Both the position numbers and the translations under genes were made by a program. The notes below the pieces were generated by a model. That model saw only the letters and a program-made list of their open reading frames with translations, was not told the DNA's origin and made no database searches. From the IMG/VR virus record IMGVR_UViG_3300045988_062804: DNA of 64,000 bases; one strand, given 5' to 3'. Positions within the stretch are counted from its first letter, which is position 1. Each line of letters begins with the position of its first letter. Source of the stretch: a virus. This document shows, piece by piece, positions 23,708 to 34,208 of this stretch.

Positions 23708-25518
23708 GAATAACTTCTAATATAGATAAGCTACAACAGGGTGGAGGTATTCCACCCTTTGTTAGCTACACTAATGTTCCAAGACCTCAGCCAACTGCTC
23801 CATATAGCACATCAGATGTTAAACAAGCAACTGGAGAAGAATCAGAAGGGGGGTTTGGTTTACTAGATAAAAATATGGTGAAGATGCTTTATGAGAAGGG
23901 CCTACCAAGTGATGTAGAGCAATTCTTAGACCAGTCTGGGTTGTTCTCTGAGTCCATAATGTCTAATCCATTTGAAAAGACTAACGGTGCAGCTCAATAT
24001 AAAGCACTATTAAAGATATTACCCAAGATAGCTATGAATAAGGAAGAGTATAATAGAGCTATACAAGAAGCTACTAAGAATAACGCTCTTAAAGAAACGG
24101 CTATTGATACAGACGGCAGGGTATTTGCTATTAGTCCAGATGGACAAGTTACTAAGAAATTTATAAGCCAATTAGAGGAAGGTGAGCAAACCTTAACAGT
24201 TGGTCAAATGGCTGAGAATAGAGCCTATAGTCAAGGATTAGCATTTAACAGTAATGCTATTACTGCTATTGCTAACAGCACAAGTATTGAACAAATTAAT
24301 AAGACAATATGGGAAGCGATTAAGAATTTAGGTTCTAATACAAGAGCTAATGAATACTTTAGGTCTAAGGATGAAAGAAAAGCTAAGGCAGGAATTGATA
24401 AGCTATTAGAGGAAGGTGCAGACGGTGTGTATAAGATTAATTCTAAATCTATATCACAGGATGCTCAAGCCAAATATGCTTTGAATTATATATTATCAAC
24501 ATTACCAGCTAATCAAAAAGTTCTATTGCAAGACTATGCCAGGAAATCTGGACTAGATTTAAAGACTGGTCCGTTAGAAATCATTACTAGCATGATACAA
24601 TCTGGAATCAGTTCTACTGAAGAGATTGGAGTTAACTATGACAAGCAAGCTACTAATGGTGCTAATACTGATGAGAAAGGTAACAAGAAGACTAGGGCAT
24701 TTGATATTCCTATGATGATTATAACTGGAGATGGTCTTCCTAAAGAGAATGCAAGAATTAGTTTTGGTAGTAACTATGCTATTGATGTACAAGCACAGAA
24801 GTTACCATTCATTCCAGGTAGTGATGGTAAACCTATTGGTCCAACTTCTTTAATGGGAGCTTTAAGTGGTCAGTTAGGTAGTGTAGTTAATAAAGACGCT
24901 GTACACGTTGGTAATCAAAGACTTGATGCCACTAAGCTTAATCAGCTATACTATGACGGTACTGGAGTATCTACAATGGAATTACCTTATACTCTTGATG
25001 AAAATGGACAAGCTGTTCCTGATTTCGATGTTATAGGTGCTTACAAGGCAGCTGTGGATGAAATCAATAAGAGAGGTAAGGATGTTACTAAAGCTGAAGT
25101 AAATCAAGTATTCCAAGAAAGAGGTCTGAATAGATATTTTAATGAAGATGGTAGTTTTAATAGGGATAACTTTATGAGGTTTGCAGGCATATCAGTTATT
25201 GGTGATGATGAAACCTTTGAAGACCCTGACGATAACTCTGACTTCTTTATGCCTATCACAGATGATAGGTTAACAGCACAGATAAGTGCAACATTAGGTA
25301 CTAAGTCAAACCCTATGGATATGGGAGACCTATATAGAACTATTGCTTATGTACCTATTTATGACTCTCCGAGTCTAGCAGGTGCAGCATCTGGTAACTT
25401 CTCATGGATTAAGGATGAAGGAGCTATGATGGAAATAGCAAAAGAACAACAACTCCGTAACGCTAGACAGGCATATAACAACAACATAACTAAAAGTCAA
25501 TTATTAAATGGACAATAA
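23704..25518 (+). CDS. 604-aa virion-block protein, function unknown
   Basis: ATGA overlap with the upstream gene. N-terminal MRITSNIDKLQQGG leader. Confidence 0.6.
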   Translation: MRITSNIDKLQQGGGIPPFVSYTNVPRPQPTAPYSTSDVKQATGEESEGGFGLLDKNMVKMLYEKGLPSDVEQFLDQSGLFSESIMSNPFEKTNGAAQYKALLKILPKIAMNKEEYNRAIQEATKNNALKETAIDTDGRVFAISPDGQVTKKFISQLEEGEQTLTVGQMAENRAYSQGLAFNSNAITAIANSTSIEQINKTIWEAIKNLGSNTRANEYFRSKDERKAKAGIDKLLEEGADGVYKINSKSISQDAQAKYALNYILSTLPANQKVLLQDYARKSGLDLKTGPLEIITSMIQSGISSTEEIGVNYDKQATNGANTDEKGNKKTRAFDIPMMIITGDGLPKENARISFGSNYAIDVQAQKLPFIPGSDGKPIGPTSLMGALSGQLGSVVNKDAVHVGNQRLDATKLNQLYYDGTGVSTMELPYTLDENGQAVPDFDVIGAYKAAVDEINKRGKDVTKAEVNQVFQERGLNRYFNEDGSFNRDNFMRFAGISVIGDDETFEDPDDNSDFFMPITDDRLTAQISATLGTKSNPMDMGDLYRTIAYVPIYDSPSLAGAASGNFSWIKDEGAMMEIAKEQQLRNARQAYNNNITKSQLLNGQ

Positions 25519-28500
25519 GAAGCCGAATGATTGGATGTTGAATGTGTTACAGAACCCTAGTTTCTCTTTATCTGATTTTAAAGCGGTAGGGATTGATGGT
25601 AATAACACTTCCATTGAAGATAGAGAAGTCTATGCTAATAACAAGATTATACAATCAAATCCACAATTCCAGGATAGTGACGGTAACTTTGATAATGCAA
25701 AGTTTAACCAATTCTATGATGGTGCATTAGAGTCATATCAACTATTAGCTAATAATACGTTTAATGAGACTGTAATGGATGAGGCTACCTTTGGATTTAA
25801 TAATATTTGGGCACCTAAGGAAGCTAGTAAAAGAACTCAACCTGAGTTTCAAATCAATAGGATATTCAATCCTGACAGAAGGAAGATGGGAGTAGAGAAA
25901 GTAGGGTTCACTAGTGATAGAACCCTCACTGCTGCTGAAATAGCTCAGACTCAAAAGGTATATGACCCAGAGACAGGTGAGTGGGATGAATCTCCTAATG
26001 ATGCGTGGTTAGGTAGGAATTGGTTCCAACCAGTAGCCCTAGCTCAATGGGACTCCGATGATTATCATATTGACCCAGAAACCAATAGAAAGGTATGGCA
26101 CAAGAAAGGTGAGCTAAAGCTAAACGACGAAGGTACTTACTACTATGAAAAATTAGGCAGTAGAGAACCTTATGGTAGACAAATACTATCTCCATTTGAC
26201 GTTCTAACTACTGATGGTTCTAAGGCTAATAAATATGACTTCTTCGATTCAGATAGCTTAGATAAGAGTGTGTTTGGAAGTATAATGAAGAATACATTTA
26301 AGATTGCTCCTATGTTTGTGCCTTATGTAGGACCAGTATATATTGGATTAGGTATTGCTAATGAGTTAGCTAAAGTGTTACCTATTATATATAAGACTAC
26401 ATTTGGGTTAGCTGGAGCATCTACTGACTGGGCTAATAAGTTAGAGGGATTTGCATATTCTATGGATAGTGGAACATCTGAGTATGCTAAGCAACACCCC
26501 TGGGCAGCTGAGAACATCCTTAATATGGTTGGCGATGTAGCTAAACAGCTATATGAACAGAGGTGGATATTCACTAATGCCCCAAGATTATTTAAGTCTT
26601 ACGGCATATCATCTAAGAATGGTACCCCGTCAGAGTTGGATAAGCAAATAACTAAGTTGGCAGAAGAGTATACTCAAACTGCTGTTAAGGATATTCCTAA
26701 GGTATTAAAGTCTTTAGAGGCTACAGGTAGTCTCGATATTATACAGAAAGAAGCTTTAGCTAAAGCTACTATATGGGGTCAGAATTATATGAAGAGTTAC
26801 GAGAACTGGGGTAAACACCTATCTCGTCTTTATATGACTGGTACAGCTTCATATAATGCTTTTAGTGATGCTAAACAAGAAGGAGCATCTGATGAACAAG
26901 CTGCTGCTGTGTTCTGGGGATATATGGCTGGAATGTATGCTCTAATGGCTAGTGATATTGGAGAACACGTACTTCCAGAATTGAGGATGGATAAGGCTCA
27001 AATCAAAAAACTTATCCAAGATGTAAGTCAGCAAGCAAAGCAAAGTATATCTACTAATGCAGTTAAATCTGAATCTAAGGAGTTAACTAAGAATGTATTT
27101 GCTAAGTTGTTCAATGGTGCAAAGTCCTTTGCTCAGAATAACTACAAAGCTATTGCTGATGGCTCTACTTCTATTCTATCTAATGCTCTTGCAGAAGGTG
27201 TAGAAGAAGTAACTGAGGAAGTATTATATGATGTTACTAAAGCAACATTTAATGCTATCTCATATTTTACTGGTAACGAAAGAAGGCTATCAGCTTTTAA
27301 TGATATGGCTTCTCGTTATAGTATGTCATTCTTTGGAGGTGCTATCGGTGGTGGTATGTTCCAAGGTATTAATGATATTAAGATTAGAAAATCCTACGAT
27401 TCTAGTAATATGCAGGCTAATCAAGAACTTATCTATCTAATCAGACAAGGTCGTGGTGAAGAGATTTACAAGGCTTTGGAGGATATGAAGAAGAAAGGAG
27501 TGCTTGGTGATAGAAACCTATCTGCAACTAAGGTTGATAAGGTGGGTGATAAGTATGCATATCAACAAGGAACCGATAAAGATAATCAAAATGATGCTAT
27601 ATATAGTCTAATGAAGGATTATGTAAGCAACATTGAACAAGTTCTATCTGTTGAGGGAATGAAGCTATCTGATGCTACTTTACTTGATAAGCAAATGTTA
27701 TCTGAGTTAAGGTATCAGGAGTTATTCAAGAATGCTCCTTCTGCTGGTAAAATTTTACAAGACTTCAATAACCTTGCTGATAGGTTTTTAACCCTACACA
27801 GTAAGATTGATGAAATCAACGCTACTTATTCAGACGAGAACGGTAAGAAGAGTAAGGAATATGCTGACGCTATGGCTGCTGTTCAACAGCAAATAGATGA
27901 TGCTAAGAAGGAACAATATGAGTTCTTACATACTGGTAAGAGAGGTAAGTATTTAGGAATGATGATGTTCTCTACTAATCCTGTGATTAGTAAGCCATTT
28001 ATTGATATGAACTTCAGAATGTATGCAGAGTCCAAATATAACAAAGACTTCGAAGCATTATCTGAAGATGATATAGCTAAAGCTAAAGAGGACTACAACG
28101 ATTACCTACAGTATGATGCCAATTCTAAGTTAGATATGGCATATGATGTATTCCGTAATATGAACGAGAAGCTATCTCCTATCTTCCAAGAAGCAGGAGA
28201 GTTGGGATATAAGCAATATGCTCAACTAAAAAGGAACTTCTATAGTGCCAATCTATCTCTGACCGATGCTGATGGTAATGTTACTCCTATGACTATATCA
28301 GATATACTTGGTGATATGTTCGGAAGTAAGAATGCTACTGATGAAGATATAATCGAGAAGGCTGAGAGTCTAAAGAAACCGAGAATAAATGAAGCTAAGG
28401 AACATCCATTTGATGAAATATCAAGGTTCTTAACTTATACTATGCCTACGGTTGATGGTTCTGCAATCTCTAACGGTGCTGTATTGGTTAGGCAGCTAAA

Positions 28501-31500
28501 TCAAGCCGCTGACGTATTCATGGCTAATGGATATATTGATAAGGAGATAGCTGACTCTATGAGAAGGCTAACTGAACAGGTTGTAACTGTAAATAGAGAT
28601 ATATACCATCAGGACATGGAGGATGCTTACTATGCTGTAAGTGAAGAGGCTGGAGATGCAATCCGTAATTGGGTTGACCAAGATTTAACTATAGCTAACA
28701 TAAAGGAGAAAACCCAAGAGTTAGTCGAGAAGTTAAAATCCATTGAAGGTCTTGATGATGCACAGCAGAATATGCTGAACACTATCATTGGTGATATAAA
28801 GAGTCAAAGCAATTCAACTTTAGCTCAGAATCTTCCTATTCTTAACGATGCAAATGCTTTATTAAAGAAGCTTGATACTGCAAAGACTAATCCATTATAT
28901 GACACTCTATCTAAGATAGGAATTAATGTGATTGGTAAGAAGACTAATGTATTTGACCTATTGCAGGATTTAGAGCGTCAGTTCAATGAAGTACATATCT
29001 CTGACTTTGCATTAGATAACAAGCTACAGCAAGAGCAAATAAAGGATGCAAGGAAGATTATATCAGCTGCTAGGTCTATTATATATGCTTCTCAATACGA
29101 TAACTTAGATGCATCTAATCCATTTGGATTTAATGTGACTCTAAAAGAGTTTTATCAAAAGAATAGTATTGAAGATGCTCCAGAGTTAGGGCTGATTGAT
29201 TCTGAAGTTGCTACTATAATGAACAGAGACTTAGATAGAATTGAGAGTAAGTTAGACTTTATCGAGAAACTATCTAACTTGAATAAAGAATCTCAGTTAA
29301 AGGAGCAAAGAAGAACATCAGTAAATATGAACTATCTATTCTATGACGTTGTGGGTGATGAGAATAGTTTCCTATATACTAAAATGGTTGATGGAGAACC
29401 ACAGCTAAAGGGAATTGATGGTGAAGTATTACTAAATGATAAAGTAAGGGAAGCTATTAATAATGCTACTACTCTAAGACAGTTTACTGAAGACCAAGAC
29501 AGGACGTTGGATATATCTGATGAAGATTATGTAGCAATGGAAAAGGAAAGGGTGGCTATCGAGGATGCTCTTTATGATAGATTCCAAGAAATATCTCATG
29601 GTAAAGACCAAGTAGAAGTTATTAAATCTATCTTATTTGATGGCGGACTATCTCATAAGGGTATTGCAAAGGGAAGTGAAGGTATTAGGTCAGTTACTAA
29701 GGCTCTTAGTGATGCTGAGAAGTTAGCTTACGCTAGCGGTATCCTCGGAGTTAAGAGTTCTGATTTCCTATCACAATACTATACAGTTATTAAGAGTGAT
29801 ACATCTAAGTTAGCACCTATAGCTACTCAAGAGTTTGCTGTTAGAATAGCTTATACATTAGCATCTAATAGAAGATTCATTAACAATGTAGTTAAAGCTG
29901 CTGATATTCCGAACCACCTTGAAGGTACTCCTCTTCTGAACACAGTATTTATTGAAGGTGTTCCTGGAGCAGGTAAGACTAGAGCTGTTGTTAAAACAGT
30001 ATATCAAATGCTTAAAGCTGTAAATCTTAACGTAAAGACTTGGACAGCTGGACCTCGCCAAAAGCAAAGTGATAACTTAGCTGATGAGATTGGGGCTGAG
30101 CATAACACGTCATTTACTAAGGAAACATTATTTGCTAAATTAGGAGTATCTCCTGATTATGTAAATGATGCTGCTAATTTGAGTATTGTAGTATCTCCTT
30201 CTGATATTAGACACGTTGAAATTACTGGTCTTGATGAAAGAGAGTATAGTAAAGATGATTTACCATCTGTATTATTTATTGATGAAGCTACCCACTTCAC
30301 CAATGGGGAATTACAAGTAATCTCCGACTTTGCTGCAAAGAACAATGTAGCAGTAGTAATGTTAGGAGATACTGAACAAAGTGGTAAGAGTCAACTATGG
30401 CGTTTAAAGGATGGAAATGATGATGTAGCTGTTTACAACACATTCTCAACTACATTCAGTATATCTTCTCCTAAGTTAACAGTTTCAATGAGGGCTTCTA
30501 ATACTAATAAGAGAGACAATCTTAATAATATTAGGGCATTGATTGAACCACTTAGGGCAACTAAAACTGATATGTCTATTGCTGAGAAGTGGTCATTTAT
30601 AGGTGATAATCTTGAGGTAAAATATACACAAGATGAATCTGGAGTACATGGGGAAAAAGTCCAAGGTTCTTTAGATTCTAGTGACTTAGACCTAATGTTA
30701 TCTACTTTGAAAGAGGGAGAAACAATAGGATTTATCTACGATAATACTGAGTCAGATACCTATAAGATGCTTAACTCATTGCCTTCTGAGAAGAAGGATA
30801 AAATAGAGTTCTTTACTGAAGACTCCGCACAAGGTAGTGAGGCTAAATACTTCATTGTTGATGTTGATTGGAGCAAGAAGAGAACTATGAATGGTGAAAC
30901 TGCTGAGGCTAGTATAGAAGTGGCTGATTTTATTAAGAGCTTATATACTATTGCAACTCGTTCAGAGGAAGGTACTATCATTATTGATAACCATCTAACT
31001 GAAGTAGTTAATCCAAATGCCTTTGTAGAAAGTGACTATAATGCTCCAACATCTTATACTGATGAATCTCTTGCAGACTATAAGGAAAAGAGACTAAGAG
31101 CGTTAGAGGAAATACTTAAAGGTTATACTCCATCTAATCCAGCTATTGCTCCTGTAGTTCCAGGTGGTCAACCTGTTACTAATGAACCAGTAATAGTACC
31201 TAAACTAAGAGAAGGTACTTGGATTCAGATGAATGATGGTAGTAAATGGCGGATTATGTCAGTAGATGGAACTGATTATGTTCTTGCAACACAAGACAAA
31301 ACAGAGTATCATAAGCAACCTATAGAGCAGATTGATACTATGTTGGGAGTTTCAGTTCATTTATCTACTGAACCTACTAAGCCAGTTATATTGCCAGAAG
31401 GTGGTAAAAGACCTGACTTACAGCAAGTCTTGATTGAAGAGGCTCAAGCAAGTGAGGAGGGTGTTGAGAGTGATTTAGAAGCCCAAAAGAAAGCTCAGTG

Positions 31501-34198
31501 GTATGCTAAAGATGACCCTGGATTCAAAGTATATACTTTTGCTGGATATAGGTCTGGTATTGGTTTAGAAATGTCTCAAGGCTCTGTAGCAGTAGATGCT
31601 GACAATAATGTAAACATTATTAATTCTGGTAGAAAGTACAAGAGTACTTCTGGTGAACTTGTGGATGAGACTAAGAGTGACTTGCAAGCTCTACTTGACT
31701 TAGATACATTTAGAAATGGCTCAGTCAAGGTTCCATTTAATACTTATAACACTGCTACTACATTACTTGCAGATGTTAGAAGTGCTGTAATGTTTGCTAA
31801 AACTAATGGTGCTGCACTATCAAGTGTTAAGAAATTGGTGAGGGAGTTTCCTCCAGCTTCAAAGATAGCATCAGCTACTACTGGAGAGCTGCAGGTTAAG
31901 TATGTCAATGCGTTCTATCAACAAACTGACCAGACTGTCGAGATGGGTGATAAAACTACTCCTAATAGGAAGTTAGTGGTCTACACTCTTAAAGACAGAA
32001 GTGGTAATCCAGTTGCAGAATTTACTATTGGGGTTCTTCCTGGTGAATTTACCTTAGATAACTGGGTTCAGAACTATGTTGGAGAGGATAAGAACATCAG
32101 GTCTAAATGGCAGAGGTTAAGTAAGCTACTTGCTGATGGTAACGAGGTGGCTAAGAATGCTAGACGTACAGTGTACATCCCATTAGGAACTGACTTTGCA
32201 TTAGGTCCTAATATTATTTCTAACACTAAGATTAGTAAGGTAAATGAACTTGGTCAAGACATTGACAAGTTTGGAGGGAATGTTAGAAGGACTCCATTTA
32301 GTGAGTTCAAGAACGCCAAATCAAGAATAGTATCTGATGTCTTCATTATGACTAATGTAGGTGTTGATAACGATTTCTATGATAAGTCATTATCAGGTAA
32401 GGCGGTCACATTCGTAACCACCAAGAAGGACTTTACCTACAAAGGAATAAAAGCTCTGAATGACCCTAATATTCTTGCAGAAGCATGGATGGAGACAAGG
32501 GGAAATAAAGATGCTGACAAGTTAGACGAAGTGGTTAAGGTTGTTAAACTCGACCCAATAGGCGTCAACTTTGAGGAGTATATTAATGGAGTTAGTGCTT
32601 TCAGAAGAGAGTTAGCTAATAAGACTGGCAATGCAAAGATGTTTAGTCCTCCAGGAAATAAATATACTGCTGCTCGTATCTTCATGAATTTGTTACAATT
32701 TGACTTAGATTTAAAGACTGCCTTGGTTACTGGTCAAACAGTACATGGTGTATCTATTGTTGAAGGAGATAAGTTCAGATACGAAACTGGAAAGGTGGAC
32801 ATACCTAGTAGTAGAGCAATAGAGCTAATTAGTAGCCTAGATTCAATGATGGCTTCTGCTGTTAATAGAATCTATGGTAAAAATGATGCTGAAAAGTTAG
32901 CAACAACTAATGCAGAATGGGGACTTACTGGTGAAGTTTCTCAGGCAGCAATAGATAAGCTAAATAATGCTGTACTTAATAGGTTTGATAACTATCTTGA
33001 AAATTTGAAGAGCTATAAGGATGGAGAAATCTTAGCAGAGTTTGCTGACTCATACTCATTCACACTTGCTAAGTTATTCCATAATTACTTTGCAGAATTT
33101 AGAACAGACTCTAAGAATTATTCTTTAAGGACTGATGCTAAATCTCAGAACTTACTGAGAACTGTAACTAGGGTTCTTCAAAATTATGAGCAAAGTTCCT
33201 TTAAAGAGGGTATCTATTATACTCCTGTTTATAAGGGCAGTGCTGAAGGTGGTGGTTTAGCTACGTCAATGGCATACCCCGCTATTAATATGGTTAACAA
33301 CTTTACGGTGGATGTGGAAGCACAGACTCCAGATTTTGTTATCACTGGTGAAGCTTTGCAAAGGCTTGCAAATGGTATTGAACAATATATGTCTAGTAAA
33401 CCAACTCTAAGACCAGTAGAACAGAATTATACTATGGATAATGCTAAAGCTGTTTTAGCTGCCAAAGCTAAGTTCGAGTATGATGAACAGTTCAAGGGAG
33501 TGTTTGAGATGGCTTCTGACATAGTTGCTAAGTCAATACCAACAAATAAACCAGCTCTTGATAAGGACATTGCAAACTCAATTTATACTACTATTAAGAG
33601 GATGGTAGCTGACAGGAAAGAGGGTCTGGTAGATTCTAATACTGAAGGTTTCATTCTTAGTGTACAAGGAAATCTTACTCCACAAGGTAGTATGCAACTG
33701 AAGTTTAACACACTCGGAGGAGTACTAAGAGGATTACTTAATCAGCCAGTAACTAACATTAGTGTTGATGGAAGTGAAGGTAGTGCTTTGTATTCTGGAA
33801 AATTTGAGGTAAATTTGCAACCATATCAATGGACAATGGATAGTACAGGTAAGGTTACTTACAGTGAAATCCAAAATCCAGCTACTGATGAAAGTCAAAA
33901 AGCTGAGAACTTAGCAAAGCTTGAAGCTGAGACACAAAAGTTGGAGGCAAGAAAAGAGAAAATACTTAATGAGCTAGTTAAAGGTGTCAGTGCACCATTA
34001 GTTCCCAAAATAAAGGAAGGTATAAATATACTACTTTCTGGAGATTTAGGTACTAAGGAATACACTAGAGCTAAGGTACTAGTTGCTAAAGCATTCTCCA
34101 TGGCTCCGTCCAACTTAAAGAGTGAATGGGATTCATTGTTATCAGATTATGCTAATAACAAGGATGCCATAAATAACATATTAGGAACTTGTAATTAA
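25508..34198 (+). CDS. 2896-aa giant protein with an embedded superfamily-1 helicase/ATPase core
   Basis: The full SF1 motif set lies between aa ~1484 and ~1830: GVPGAGKT (29957-29980), LFIDEATH (DE at 30281-30286), LGDTEQ, VSMRASN, EDSAQGSEAKY, LYTIATRSEEGTIII. Hydrophobic segments occur near aa 270-300. Confidence 0.7.
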   Translation: MDNKKPNDWMLNVLQNPSFSLSDFKAVGIDGNNTSIEDREVYANNKIIQSNPQFQDSDGNFDNAKFNQFYDGALESYQLLANNTFNETVMDEATFGFNNIWAPKEASKRTQPEFQINRIFNPDRRKMGVEKVGFTSDRTLTAAEIAQTQKVYDPETGEWDESPNDAWLGRNWFQPVALAQWDSDDYHIDPETNRKVWHKKGELKLNDEGTYYYEKLGSREPYGRQILSPFDVLTTDGSKANKYDFFDSDSLDKSVFGSIMKNTFKIAPMFVPYVGPVYIGLGIANELAKVLPIIYKTTFGLAGASTDWANKLEGFAYSMDSGTSEYAKQHPWAAENILNMVGDVAKQLYEQRWIFTNAPRLFKSYGISSKNGTPSELDKQITKLAEEYTQTAVKDIPKVLKSLEATGSLDIIQKEALAKATIWGQNYMKSYENWGKHLSRLYMTGTASYNAFSDAKQEGASDEQAAAVFWGYMAGMYALMASDIGEHVLPELRMDKAQIKKLIQDVSQQAKQSISTNAVKSESKELTKNVFAKLFNGAKSFAQNNYKAIADGSTSILSNALAEGVEEVTEEVLYDVTKATFNAISYFTGNERRLSAFNDMASRYSMSFFGGAIGGGMFQGINDIKIRKSYDSSNMQANQELIYLIRQGRGEEIYKALEDMKKKGVLGDRNLSATKVDKVGDKYAYQQGTDKDNQNDAIYSLMKDYVSNIEQVLSVEGMKLSDATLLDKQMLSELRYQELFKNAPSAGKILQDFNNLADRFLTLHSKIDEINATYSDENGKKSKEYADAMAAVQQQIDDAKKEQYEFLHTGKRGKYLGMMMFSTNPVISKPFIDMNFRMYAESKYNKDFEALSEDDIAKAKEDYNDYLQYDANSKLDMAYDVFRNMNEKLSPIFQEAGELGYKQYAQLKRNFYSANLSLTDADGNVTPMTISDILGDMFGSKNATDEDIIEKAESLKKPRINEAKEHPFDEISRFLTYTMPTVDGSAISNGAVLVRQLNQAADVFMANGYIDKEIADSMRRLTEQVVTVNRDIYHQDMEDAYYAVSEEAGDAIRNWVDQDLTIANIKEKTQELVEKLKSIEGLDDAQQNMLNTIIGDIKSQSNSTLAQNLPILNDANALLKKLDTAKTNPLYDTLSKIGINVIGKKTNVFDLLQDLERQFNEVHISDFALDNKLQQEQIKDARKIISAARSIIYASQYDNLDASNPFGFNVTLKEFYQKNSIEDAPELGLIDSEVATIMNRDLDRIESKLDFIEKLSNLNKESQLKEQRRTSVNMNYLFYDVVGDENSFLYTKMVDGEPQLKGIDGEVLLNDKVREAINNATTLRQFTEDQDRTLDISDEDYVAMEKERVAIEDALYDRFQEISHGKDQVEVIKSILFDGGLSHKGIAKGSEGIRSVTKALSDAEKLAYASGILGVKSSDFLSQYYTVIKSDTSKLAPIATQEFAVRIAYTLASNRRFINNVVKAADIPNHLEGTPLLNTVFIEGVPGAGKTRAVVKTVYQMLKAVNLNVKTWTAGPRQKQSDNLADEIGAEHNTSFTKETLFAKLGVSPDYVNDAANLSIVVSPSDIRHVEITGLDEREYSKDDLPSVLFIDEATHFTNGELQVISDFAAKNNVAVVMLGDTEQSGKSQLWRLKDGNDDVAVYNTFSTTFSISSPKLTVSMRASNTNKRDNLNNIRALIEPLRATKTDMSIAEKWSFIGDNLEVKYTQDESGVHGEKVQGSLDSSDLDLMLSTLKEGETIGFIYDNTESDTYKMLNSLPSEKKDKIEFFTEDSAQGSEAKYFIVDVDWSKKRTMNGETAEASIEVADFIKSLYTIATRSEEGTIIIDNHLTEVVNPNAFVESDYNAPTSYTDESLADYKEKRLRALEEILKGYTPSNPAIAPVVPGGQPVTNEPVIVPKLREGTWIQMNDGSKWRIMSVDGTDYVLATQDKTEYHKQPIEQIDTMLGVSVHLSTEPTKPVILPEGGKRPDLQQVLIEEAQASEEGVESDLEAQKKAQWYAKDDPGFKVYTFAGYRSGIGLEMSQGSVAVDADNNVNIINSGRKYKSTSGELVDETKSDLQALLDLDTFRNGSVKVPFNTYNTATTLLADVRSAVMFAKTNGAALSSVKKLVREFPPASKIASATTGELQVKYVNAFYQQTDQTVEMGDKTTPNRKLVVYTLKDRSGNPVAEFTIGVLPGEFTLDNWVQNYVGEDKNIRSKWQRLSKLLADGNEVAKNARRTVYIPLGTDFALGPNIISNTKISKVNELGQDIDKFGGNVRRTPFSEFKNAKSRIVSDVFIMTNVGVDNDFYDKSLSGKAVTFVTTKKDFTYKGIKALNDPNILAEAWMETRGNKDADKLDEVVKVVKLDPIGVNFEEYINGVSAFRRELANKTGNAKMFSPPGNKYTAARIFMNLLQFDLDLKTALVTGQTVHGVSIVEGDKFRYETGKVDIPSSRAIELISSLDSMMASAVNRIYGKNDAEKLATTNAEWGLTGEVSQAAIDKLNNAVLNRFDNYLENLKSYKDGEILAEFADSYSFTLAKLFHNYFAEFRTDSKNYSLRTDAKSQNLLRTVTRVLQNYEQSSFKEGIYYTPVYKGSAEGGGLATSMAYPAINMVNNFTVDVEAQTPDFVITGEALQRLANGIEQYMSSKPTLRPVEQNYTMDNAKAVLAAKAKFEYDEQFKGVFEMASDIVAKSIPTNKPALDKDIANSIYTTIKRMVADRKEGLVDSNTEGFILSVQGNLTPQGSMQLKFNTLGGVLRGLLNQPVTNISVDGSEGSALYSGKFEVNLQPYQWTMDSTGKVTYSEIQNPATDESQKAENLAKLEAETQKLEARKEKILNELVKGVSAPLVPKIKEGINILLSGDLGTKEYTRAKVLVAKAFSMAPSNLKSEWDSLLSDYANNKDAINNILGTCN

Positions 34199-34208
34199 AC
34201 AAAGAATT

